Assembly: GCF_032062105.1 (NCBI RefSeq)
Contig: NW_026925719.1
Span: 1-64,000, forward strand
Direction: 5' to 3'
Source of the DNA: Saccostrea cucullata
Lineage: Eukaryota
Length of the DNA stretch: 64,000 nucleotides
Positions 10,835 to 21,233 of this stretch are shown here, piece by piece (the first letter of the stretch is position 1; each line of letters opens with the position of its first letter). Below the pieces are notes generated by a model. The model was not told the DNA's origin. It searched no databases and saw only the letters and a list, made by a program, of their open reading frames with translations. The translations under genes and the position numbers were made by a program.

Positions 10835-13800
10835 GGATAAGGTGCGTGCACGAGCTCATGGTACGTATACCTCTAAGTACTGGCGCTTTGTTAATCAAGG
10901 CAGGTACTCTCAGCCCCTTATGGAAATATGCAGTGTTTTTTTAATTGACAAGTTTTTGGAATGCTTGGAATGTGTCGCTACTACGACTAAAATTAAACAG
11001 ACGTATCGTCCTATTGTTATGATAGGTAGGTTTTTACTTAATAGTGGACAAGGATGTTAAGTTTTTTCACATTCACTGTCTATTCATTAGTTTTTAATTT
11101 TTTAAATTTTCTTAGCTATTGTTCATAATATTTTATACAGGCTGCACTAGATGATAGACGATGAATGATAAATGTCAGGGATTTTTCTTCTCATTTACAT
11201 ACAACATCATGCATGAGTGTACAACTAAAATTATTCGTGTTTTCATCTAAATTTCGTTCCTATTTACGCTATACCAACATTTTGTGTACATTGACAAACA
11301 CGGAAATTGAAGTCCGTATATATATAGATCAGTACAATAACTTCACGTTATTACAGAAATCGATCAGTCCAGTCATGACATAACTCGGACACCCCAGTGT
11401 GATCCGCCTGCATGTAACAATAAGTCAATATACCCAGTATTTGTTGCCTTTGGGTGTATTCATGTAATCGATGGTTTGTGTTTAACAGGTTACTGTGTTA
11501 ATCAAACATTTATATAGGGCCCACAACACTATGTAATACGGCGGTGGTGTCCTCCTAGTTTGAAAAGCCCCGCCCTTCCCTCATTTGCAACTTTGATTTT
11601 TATGAAACATTCCTTTTCTTTATTGAAGAAAGAAGCCTTAATCAACGCCCCTCCCACCCACCCAACCCGGTAAATTGTATTGTTGTGCATACATTTCAAA
11701 TCAATGTAATTTTCCATAAGCATATTCAACAAAATATCTGAACATATTGCCTTCTTCCCCTATTTGACTTTGACAATAAAAGGCTTGTAACGGATGTTTC
11801 AAACTGTTTTATATAAATATTTTATAATCATTGATTATTGTAGGCTATGTTTCATGGCGAGTTATACAAGAAGACCCTCCCTAGATCCCGGGTCCCGGCC
11901 TACTTCCACGTGCCGTACATAGAGGCAGGGTACCGCTATATTCACCAGCCATGGACATTCTACATCTACAGTATCTTTTACAACAACATGGAGACGCTCA
12001 ACGTTTGGACGCATGTCGTGGGCACGCTTCTGATGACGTCACGTCTGTATCAAATATCTGTCAACTTTGACCTTGGTGACCCCTACATGTGGCCCCTCTT
12101 AGCAGCGATTCTCTCTTTTACGGTCATGTTCGTCACCAGTAGTACCGCGCACATGTTTTCTCACAAATCTATGGAAGTGAACTGTTGTATGTTTATGGCA
12201 GACTTTGCATGTATTGGTCTCTATGGATACGGCACCATACTTACCCACTACTATTATTCTTTGGATCAGTGTTTCTTGGAATCGGTTCTTCTGAGGAACG
12301 TGTTCTACTTCGGTTCAGTACTTGCTATACTTAGTACCGCCTTTGGATCGATGTCCAAAGCTATAGTTCATGATCTTCATTCCAAACGACGGACAGCCTT
12401 AATAGTTTCGGGTCTAGGTGCAATATATCTTTTGTCCAACATTCCAATTCTCCATAGGATCTGGAACTCCGAGTGGACGGACGGGATCGCTCACCATCTT
12501 AAACAAATGGCCAGTATGATTGGCGTCTGTTTCTTCTACTCTACAAAACTCCCAGAACGTCTCTCACCGGGGACTTTTGACTTCATAGGAAACAGCCACC
12601 AAATCTTTCATATCCTGTTCGTCTTGTGTACTCAGAATCACTTGGATGGTGTCGTCTGGGACATCAACTTTCGGCAGACGTTCGTAGTCCGTCGGCCTCC
12701 ACCGTCCCTTTGGAACATTTTTGGAATCATTGCTCTTATCTGTTTGGCAGACATACTGACCATGAAATATTTTTATTCTAGATTTAAAAAGAGATGTTTG
12801 AAGAAAGATACAAATTCTAATGAACTTCAGGCGAAAACCAATGGCTAAGCCAACAAACAGAAAAACCAGCCAATAAAAAGAGATGCTTGAAGAAAGATAC
12901 AAATTCTAATGAACTTGATGGAAACCAGTGGCTCAGCCAACAAACAATATGGGGTTGGGGTTTCCGACCGATGGCTGTTTTTGTTTGTTTTTGTTTTATT
13001 TTGGGTTTTTTTGCCTACCTCTCCATTCAATTCAATTTTTAGCCAAGAACCACAGCTCTGAGAATTACTCCTTTTTGTTCATTTGTCCCGGAAAAGTGAT
13101 AATTTGACCTTGAAATCCAACATGATTAACTTGTCTTAATTTTCATCCCATTCTTTCTAGTACTTGCATAATGGCATCCTCTTCTTTTTGTGAAAAAAAA
13201 AGAGGAGCGAAACTTCTTCCCTGGCAAACGAAGATGGATACAAAAACAGAAATTTCTGGCATGTCGTTATAATTTTGTAATACATATGGGTTTAGGGTAT
13301 TTCAATACTCATTTGTTGAATGTCTCATTTGTTATTATTGTAAAAACTGGATCTGGTCTACACTTGCCAAAATGTAACAGTATATCACATACACATGTAT
13401 ATACTTCAAAATGTTAAAAAATATACTATAGTACGCAAATATAGCTAAGCGTGATCTAGCCCAGTCAAGTCTTTCAGCATACTACATATGTGTAATTTTA
13501 CCAACGTATGTAATGCATCGAAATGAAGATTCATATACTAGTATACGTATGTAATACAAAACTTTGATGGATTCTTTTATATACATTTCCAATATTGTTA
13601 TCGTTGTTTATTAAATTTTTACTTTTACCTCCAATATGACATTCTTTTCTTTTCTCTATTTGTACAACAGAATCTAAATTCAATTGAAAGGGTAGAATCT
13701 GTTGTTGTTTTTTTTTTCTTTACTAAAATAAGATGTGCGAACATAGTGTGCAGAAAGCCCATACCTTTAAATATATAAAACACATTCAATTTGTGGATTA

Positions 13801-14105
13801 AGTATTTATAATAAGCATTTTTTTCTCGAAAAAAATTTCTCGGCAAAATTTATTAATAAAAAAATAATGGTGTCCGTGGGGTTCGAACCTTAGCTGTATA
13901 AACTTTCTTTCGAGACCAGACTGCACGCTAACTACGAGACTACACAAGTCCTGATACATTTAAATCATATTTGTGATCACTGGCTTAATGCACTTCAAGA
14001 ATATTTCTCAAAAAGATACAAATATTTAATATTTCATAAAAGTATATTTTGATGGTACAGTGAGTCTTTCCTCCATATGCAAACTTTAAGGATTAACTTT
14101 CAAAA
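10835..14105 (+). repeat. Right arm of inverted segmental duplication (PAQR copy B)
   Basis: Matches the reverse complement of 8330-7349 joined directly to 3615-1150; the junction AAAGGCTT|GTAACGG is at ~11786. Confidence 0.9.
11847..12848 (+). CDS. Class II PAQR / membrane progestin receptor-like protein, copy B (333 aa)
   Basis: Same PAQR motifs as copy A. By manual comparison it differs from A by about 29 substitutions and a 3-aa indel. An acceptor tgtag lies 3 nt before the ATG. Confidence 0.93.
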   Translation: MFHGELYKKTLPRSRVPAYFHVPYIEAGYRYIHQPWTFYIYSIFYNNMETLNVWTHVVGTLLMTSRLYQISVNFDLGDPYMWPLLAAILSFTVMFVTSSTAHMFSHKSMEVNCCMFMADFACIGLYGYGTILTHYYYSLDQCFLESVLLRNVFYFGSVLAILSTAFGSMSKAIVHDLHSKRRTALIVSGLGAIYLLSNIPILHRIWNSEWTDGIAHHLKQMASMIGVCFFYSTKLPERLSPGTFDFIGNSHQIFHILFVLCTQNHLDGVVWDINFRQTFVVRRPPPSLWNIFGIIALICLADILTMKYFYSRFKKRCLKKDTNSNELQAKTNG

Positions 14106-14148
14106 AATGGAGCAAACACAAACTCATTTTAGAAAATGGTGCTATAGT

Positions 14149-14463
14149 ATGATTGATTGATTGATTGATTGTATGTTGTTTAACGTCCCTCTCGAGAATT
14201 TTTCAATCATATGGACGATGCCACCAATTGCGGGTGGAGAGCAACAGATATTTTCCTATACTCGGCATTGAGGGACATTGAGCAATGAAGGATCTTTTTC
14301 GTGTCAGCACCTACTGTGATACGGGACCTCGGTTTACTAGTATACGGTCTCATCCGAAGAGTCTCCACGTCCCACAGTGGGATTCGAATCCGCGACGTAA
14401 GGATCAACTCCTGCTTTGCGACTCTAGAGCAGACGCTCTAACCACTACGCCACGCAGGCGACA
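14149..14463 (-). mobile_element. tRNA-derived SINE with Deu/Nin-like central domain and (CAAT)n tail
   Basis: On the minus strand: A box TGGCGTAGTGG, B-box-like GATTCGAATCC, core TTCGGATGAGACC...ACCGAGGTCCCG, and 3' GGGACGTTAAACAAC-(CAAT)n. Confidence 0.85.
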
Positions 14464-14959
14464 TTGTTGACGATCGAAAAGACGCCAACACGTTTTTCAT
14501 AATACTCCTTGTCATGATCGGCAAAACGGGATATTCTTCGACAAATCGGTAATTAAGTTAATATTGGTCTTACAATTACATGTAGTATGAAAAACGTCAT
14601 TCATCTTTGACTTAGATGGTATTGCTGACATTGTTGTATCAATCACAAAATAATGACTTTTAAACCAAGACTTGATATTCTTGTCTCATCAACTTGTTTG
14701 TCAATAAATTACCTTGTTTTAAAAACTGTTCATACGTACAGCATGCTCTTGCTCTTTCGTATCGAATCAACTGAGAGATATAAACACCGTTTGCAGGTGA
14801 TGAAAGCATATTGCTGTATATGTAAGGGAAGTTGACGATTTAAAAGTTAAAGTAATCACGTTTATCATAAAGATTGGCTGTTAGATAACCATTAATGTTT
14901 TTTATGTAAATGTCCAAATATGACACAAATGTGTCTGACTCTGTGGTATCTTTTATTCA

Positions 14960-16130
14960 AATATTATTTTATCTAAAAGTTATCAAAACTTCAAATTTCT
15001 AGACGGGTTTGATTGACATACCCTTGCACTTTCACAAAGAACGAGGGCACTTTTGATTGGCATTCGACAGGACTCTGGGCGTAATTGAAAAGTGAAAATT
15101 TTATCGACATGTCACATGAAATTTTAACATTTTTTTTATTCATCGGGTATCTGTGCAACAGGAAAGGAAAATATTTTCCCGAAATTGAGCTTTGATTTGC
15201 TCAAAAATAACTTGAAAATTGGCCAGATCAGACATTTGGTACAAAATGGTACATTTTTACACACGTTTTTCTAAACTTTTTCTATCTCTGGGTCTTCTCT
15301 CCATGATTTTGAAACGTTATTTGTGTGTATTTTAATTCAAAGAAACGAATACACATTTTTAAAAAATGGAGAGAAGACCTAGAGACCACGAAAAATGAAC
15401 TTTTTCCCAAAAAATCCAAATGTGTGAATGTGGTGCTTCTTTGTCCTTTTTAAATCGCTTGTATATGTGTAGCGGTGATAGCTCAGTAAGTAGGGTTACC
15501 TTTCAGTGCGCTCGACACAAGAACTTTTTGGTTCGAGCCTGGCATGGGCCGTTAATTTTTTTTTCATGCAAACAACCATTTATTTTGCCAGTTTCGTTTT
15601 ATGTACTGATGTATTAAAATTTTGAATTAGATAAATTTTGGTTCAGTTTGGTTCTCGAGCGAAATCAATCTTTTATTCTATAATGTACATGTACACGTAT
15701 CATACATCTATGCATTAAATATTTTAGGTGTTTATTTTTTGTGAAACATTACTATGTTATAGTACCCCAAGGAAAAACGGACATAAATGTTTACAATCTG
15801 ACAAGGTCTTTCAAACTAAATGAAAAAAAAACCATGGACGTGTTTGTAGCTGCCCAGCTATGTTCATCCAACCAAATCATGGACATTTAAACCATACATG
15901 TTTCGTACAAATGCAGATCACACGCCAAATGCGCCCATCTTCTTTTAATTTTATGCTTAAAGGTGCATAGACACAGATTTGAAGTTAATATTTTCTGTAT
16001 AATATCACGACTTATATTTTATTAGCATTTCACACAAAAAGATATCAAAAATTTTATTTCATCTTAAAGTTATTAAAACTTCAAATTTTCAGACGGGTTT
16101 GATTGACACATCCTTGCACTTTCACAAATT
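14960..16130. mobile_element. Decayed non-autonomous DNA transposon fragments (possibly Kolobok-like)
   Basis: A ~75-bp direct repeat at ~14964 and ~16054, an internal inverted repeat at 15285-15385, a tRNA-like A/B box at 15478-15541, and a TTAA-AGG start at 15957. Confidence 0.45.
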
Positions 16131-16369
16131 TTAATTTTATTCTTAATACCGGTACTTAGGAAAAGGGGCAATCTTGTTGTGTATTGATGAAAAATATTAA
16201 AACTTTAATCCAGAAAAATAATTATATTCAGATTAAAAATTGTAAGGAAGCAAATCCCCTTCACAAGTATCGTCATTCCGCGCTAAATGTTGTGTACAGA
16301 GTTTAGAAAATTGATCACACCCGTGAAACGTAAAACAGTTTTTGTAAACAGGGCATTAAGAGCTCTGTT

Positions 16370-16632
16370 ATTGTTGACGTTTACGATTCACCGGTAGCGT
16401 TCAATTGTAAATGTCTGCTCACCACACCATGCATCTTTAAAGCTCACTGGGATGTTTTGTATCAATATATGAATGGAAACAGCTACTGTTCATTGATTAT
16501 ACGTCGTCGATATATAAACGTCGAGGAAAAGGCCTCGTGCATAAGATTTGAATAAATTCTGCATCAGCTCTGCTAACGGAGCGCAATTGGTATTCATGGG
16601 AATTCCTATAGATTGTTGGAAGACCTGGTCTC
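16370..16632 (-). mobile_element. Penelope-like (Neptune-type) retroelement RT fragment
   Basis: Translates as GDQVFQQSIGIPMNTNCAPL and YIDDV in different frames, matching the QxxGIPMGTNCAP and YIDD motifs. Confidence 0.75.
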
Positions 16633-16957
16633 CAAAAAAAAAAAAAAAAAACAAACAAACAAACAAAACAAACAAACAAAAAACTCCAAATTTCTTGTGG
16701 TAAGACATTCCCTTGGGTACAAATATTTAAGCCTTGGAGTTTGTTCTAATTCGAAGAACATTTTTCTTTGGCCATTAATTTTCAACAGTTAGTGCTAGGC
16801 TTTTATTTTTCACTTGTACAGCTCTTGTGACAAACCTTCCCTTGTGTACCAACAAATTTGATCTGTTGACACATTTTTTTTCAAATCTTAACCATGGTCA
16901 TGTTTGGGATTAGGTTTTATTACTTGTAGTAAGACTTTTCAATGGGTACTGATAATA

Positions 16958-17022
16958 TTTAGCTCACCTGAACCGAAGGCTCAAGTGAGCTTTTCTGATC
17001 ACATTTTGTCCGGCGTCCGTCT

Positions 17023-17053
<31 letters not shown>

Positions 17054-17065
17054 GTCTTCTTCTCA

Positions 17066-17096
<31 letters not shown>

Positions 17097-17104
17097 CCAC
17101 AAAT

Positions 17105-17155
<51 letters not shown>

Positions 17156-18219
17156 CATTCAAGGGGAGATAATTGGGAATTAATGAAAATTTGGTGGCAT
17201 GTTTTAAAAATCTTCTTCTCAAGAACCACTGTGCCAGGAAAGATGAAACTAATGGGGAACCATCCTCAGGTAGTGTAGATTCAAGTTTGTTCAAATCATG
17301 ACCCCGGGGGTAGGGCGGGGCCAAAATGGCCGACCAAAGTTTTACATAGACATATATAGGAAAATTCTTTAAAAATCTTCTTCTCAAGAATGATAAAGCC
17401 ATAATTCATCATATTTATATGGAAGCATCCTCAGGTAGTGTAGATTCAAGTTTGTTTATTAACAAATATTTACATCCACTGAATATTTTTCTCCTTTAGA
17501 CGTGTTCAAATTATTCATGACCCCCGGGGGTAGGGCGGGGCCAAAATGGCCGACCAAAGTTTTACATAGAAATATATAGCAAAATTCTTTAAAAATCATC
17601 TTCTCAAGAATGATAAAGCCATAATTCATCATATTTATATGGAAGCATCCTCAGGTAGTGTAGATTCAAGTTTGTTCAAATCATGACCCCCGGGGGTAGG
17701 GCGGGGCCAAAATGGCCGACCAAAGTTTTACATAGAAATATATAGCAAAATTCTTTAAAAATCATCTTCTCAAGAATGACAAAGCCATAATTCATCATAT
17801 TTATATGGAAGCATCCTCAGATAGTGTAGATTCAAGTTTGTTCAAATCATGAACCCTGGAGGTAGGGCGGGGCCACAATGGCCAATCAATTTTTTCAAAG
17901 AAATTTATAGGAAAAACTTTTTAAAAATCTTCTTCTCAAGAATGGCAAAGCCATAATGGATCATATTTATATGGAAGCATCCGCAGGTAGTGTAGACTCA
18001 AGTTTGTTCAAATCATGACCCCGGGGGTAGGTTGGGGCCACAATGGCTGACCAAAGTATATAGAAAAATTCTTTAAAAATCATCTTATCAAATACAAATA
18101 CAAATACATGATTGATCATGGGACTACTTTTGGATTTAAACTTTTCAATAATAAACCAGTAACTACTTTTTTCTCGTCACAGTGCTCAGGTGAGCGTTTT
18201 GGCCCATGGGGCTCTTGTT
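16958..18219 (+). mobile_element. HINE with ~167-bp satellite units, same family as 5886-7309
   Basis: 5' TTTAGCTCACCTGAACCGAAGGCTCAAGTGAGC, (GTCT)n, about 5 tandem units, and 3' CTCAGGTGAGCG...GGCCCATGGGGCTCTTGTT. It is inserted at a TT site. Confidence 0.9.
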
Positions 18220-18300
18220 ATCCTTTGACCTTGGATTTTGACATAGACCTGAAAAAAAATCTAACCTTGATCATAACTCTTGATCAATTACTGATAGGGC

Positions 18301-18425
18301 ACAGGCACCTGACGTTACTTATTTTTCTTTTCATAAAAAAAAAAATATACCCTTACCTTATAATAAGGTATATAAGGGTATATTTTATTTATCAAAAGAA
18401 AAATAAGTAACGTCAGGTGCCTGTT
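18301..18425. mobile_element. Foldback MITE with ~9-bp TSD (TGATAGGGC)
   Basis: Arms ACAGGCACCTGACGTTACTTATTTTTCTTTT / AAAAGAAAAATAAGTAACGTCAGGTGCCTGT. TGATAGGGC occurs at 18292-18300 and 18426-18434. Confidence 0.8.
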
Positions 18426-19043
18426 TGATAGGGCTATTATATTTTACAAGATTTGGTTACCAAGATTCTGATCATTTGACATTTGAGTTTGGTCTGCTTT
18501 AAACAAAATCTTTTGATCAGATAGTGCTAGAATGTGTGCATTTCTTGTGAAAAGACATACTTTACGCATCACTGATTTTGACCCTTTGTCAGTGACCTTG
18601 GGAGTGACCCTCTTTTTAAAAACTTTAACATTGGCCATAACTTTTGAACGATTGGTGCTGGTGCTTTTCTATATCGGAGATGTTTCCTTGTGACAAGACC
18701 TTTCATTAGGTACCATTATTTTTTATATCTTGACCTTGGATTTTGACTTGCATTTGAGACACTCTAACGTTCGCCATGAACTGCCATATGGAGACGTCTT
18801 CAGAAAATGTTTATTAACAAATATTTACATCCACTGAATATTTTCTCCTTTATTTCTTAAGAAAACCCACTGCGTTTTAATCACTGCATTATTGAACTAC
18901 ATTAGGCATGTTTATCCTGTTCAGGCATTTCTTGATCAGTGGCTGTTCCACCAATGAAATGTATAAAGACGTTCGCGTCATTAATACAATAATTAATCTT
19001 TTTAATCCTACTTTTAATGATTATTTAAACAGATATAAATATA

Positions 19044-19204
19044 AACAATAAAATGTCTTTCTTTGTTTGTTATTACTGGAATTAAAGGTCGCAGCTATTG
19101 CAGAAAAAATTTACATTACCTGCTTACGCGGGTTTTGTATTTTTTCTGCAACAACTGCTTCCGTTAATTCCAGTAATAACAAACAAAGAAAGCATTTTAT
19201 CGTT
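19044..19204. mobile_element. Foldback MITE-like imperfect palindrome
   Basis: AACAATAAAATGTCTTTCTTTGTTTGTTATTACTGGAATTAA pairs with TTAATTCCAGTAATAACAAACAAAGAAAGCATTTTATCGTT. Confidence 0.75.
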
Positions 19205-19569
19205 CAAATGAATGATACTTAAAAACATTTACAGTAAGTCGTAAATTTTTCTGTGAAAAGGGATGCAAATCTATCTTACCATGTTTTACATAGCGTTCTA
19301 TTCAACTTTGATTTTGTGATACTGTGTATCATTTTTAATTTGAATATTTAAAATTTTCAGCCAAACCAAGGGTATAAAGCATCACTGGAAAAAAAGGAGC
19401 CCATATCTTTGTACAAATAGCCATGTTCTTTAAAAAATGATACGCATTTAATGCGATCATGTGGGAAAAGTCTACTTCTGGAGAGCAGTGGACACCAAGG
19501 TTCATCTTCTTCTCACCTTGAGTTAAGAGGTTGGTATACTAGTAAGTGTACTAAGACTGACCCCCATAG

Positions 19570-19690
19570 ACGGTAGGTGTGACGTAACGGTCAACTGCTA
19601 ACCCTCTACGTACATTTAACACTGAGTGATAATATTTATGTACAGGGGAAGAGAACATCGGTCACAGTTTGCCTACACCAAGGTAAGTAC
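19570..19690 (+). promoter_or_regulatory. Probable promoter and first exon of PAQR copy C
   Basis: CRE-like TGACGTAA at ~19580, strong donor AAG|GTAAGT at 19682/19683, and a matching acceptor tttcag immediately before the ATG at 20144. Confidence 0.5.
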
Positions 19691-20143
19691 CGTCATTTCT
19701 ATCCTCTTTTTGGGCCTGTGTGCGATTGTAAAATCTTTGAAATTCTGAATACAATTTATATAACTAGAGGCACGCAACATCATTATCATTGCACCTAAGT
19801 TAAAAAATTAAAAGGGGAAATCTTTCGAAATCGGAAATCCCTTGATGACAATGATGTGAATAAAATAAGTGGGGGTGCATCTTTTAGTTTAAAAAAAAAG
19901 ACACTTTCTTAATTTAAAGATTTGGCATGCAACAATAAGTTGGAATAGACTTTCAATAAATATTTTCATTTAAAGTGCATACCTGATAGATACGTTTTTG
20001 ATGCACTCAGAGGAGGCGAAAATGCATCTTTCTTTTGTTTCTCCTGAGTGAAATTGCAATTTAATTGCATGGAAAGGGGGAGGGGGTGAGTCCTCTCCCT
20101 TCCCAATCCTACAGGTCCTCAAAGCACCAATTCTTATTTTCAG

Positions 20144-21139
20144 ATGGAATTGAAGAAGAGAACCCTCAGCAAATCCCAGGTACCAGCATACTTTCACATA
20201 CCATACGTAGAGACTGGATATCGATACTGCCACCAGCCATGGAAATTCTATTTATACAGCATCTTCTACAACAACACGGAGACTCTCAACGTCTGGACAC
20301 ATGTTGTGGGCACGTTAGTGATGACATCGCGCATTTACCAGATATCCGTCATCTTTGACCTTTATGACCCTTATACTTGGCCTCTGCTGACGGCCCTTCT
20401 GTCTTTCTTTGCAACGTTTTTGGCTAGCAGCATGGCTCACATGTTTTCACACAAATCAAAAGATGTAAATTGCTGCATGTTTATGGTAGACTTTGCCTGT
20501 ATTGGTCTCTTTGGATTTGGTGCCGTTTTGAATCACCATCACTACTCGGTACATAAGAATGCTGATAACACAACTCCGTGGCGAGTACTACTCGTTGGTA
20601 CAATCCTTGCAGTCTTTTGCTGCACCTGTGGTGCCATCTCTAAAGCTGTCATAACTCACCCAAAACATCGCACCATTTTCCCTACTGCTGGAGTTGGCAT
20701 TTTATATCTTTTATCCATTACTCCAATTGTGGACCGTATTCTGAATTTCGAGACAACTGGGGGAATTTATCACCATGGCATCCAAATATTCAACATGGTC
20801 GCCACCGGGTTCTTTTACTCTGCGCGACTTCCAGAGCGTTTATTTCCTGGAACATTTGACTTCATTGGAAACAGCCACCAAATATTTCACTTGCTTATGA
20901 TCCAGGCATCAGTAAGTCACGTGGATGGTGTCATCTGGGACATGTTATTCCATAAACTTTTCGTCAGGCTCCCGCGGGTCACAGCCTCATTTTGGAGTAC
21001 AACTGGCCTCGTTTTCGTTATAGTGGTAATTGATGCCTTTATCATACAGCGTTTTTATTTTCATTTCAAAAGAAAAAGTGTTTGTGATAACTTTTGCTGT
21101 CTCTCTGAACACAATAACAATTTGGAACAGAAGAATTAG
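20144..21139 (+). CDS. Class II PAQR / membrane progestin receptor-like protein, divergent copy C (331 aa, possibly +15 aa from exon 19638-19682)
   Basis: Motifs PYVETGYR, ETLNVWTH, SSMAH and PERLFPGTFDFIGNSHQIFH in an uninterrupted ORF. Confidence 0.93.
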   Translation: MELKKRTLSKSQVPAYFHIPYVETGYRYCHQPWKFYLYSIFYNNTETLNVWTHVVGTLVMTSRIYQISVIFDLYDPYTWPLLTALLSFFATFLASSMAHMFSHKSKDVNCCMFMVDFACIGLFGFGAVLNHHHYSVHKNADNTTPWRVLLVGTILAVFCCTCGAISKAVITHPKHRTIFPTAGVGILYLLSITPIVDRILNFETTGGIYHHGIQIFNMVATGFFYSARLPERLFPGTFDFIGNSHQIFHLLMIQASVSHVDGVIWDMLFHKLFVRLPRVTASFWSTTGLVFVIVVIDAFIIQRFYFHFKRKSVCDNFCCLSEHNNNLEQKN

Positions 21140-21217
21140 CTTACATACATGTATACACTTTCTGTTGATTTATGTTTCGCTTGGTAAACAGAAAAGTTAA
21201 CAAAAATGTCCAAGTAG

Positions 21218-21233
21218 AATAAAAAATTTTATT
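21218..21233. terminator. Back-to-back AATAAA polyadenylation signals on both strands
   Basis: AATAAA on + at 21218-21223 and TTTATT (AATAAA on -) at 21228-21233, between the convergent PAQR-C and ERGIC1 genes. Confidence 0.45.

Larger units (their letters stand above)
16690..18800 (+). mobile_element. Old HINE-type repeat (TGACCTTGGA / CCATAACTTTTGAA / ACAAGACCTTTC family) that hosts two nested insertions
   Basis: Same motif family as 62216-63082. It is interrupted by the HINE at 16958-18219 and the MITE at 18301-18425. Confidence 0.7.

Noticed and set aside
16959-17402. 147-aa ORF with FLRRRFLK repeats
   Set aside because: Antisense translation of the HINE satellite, a common false gene model.
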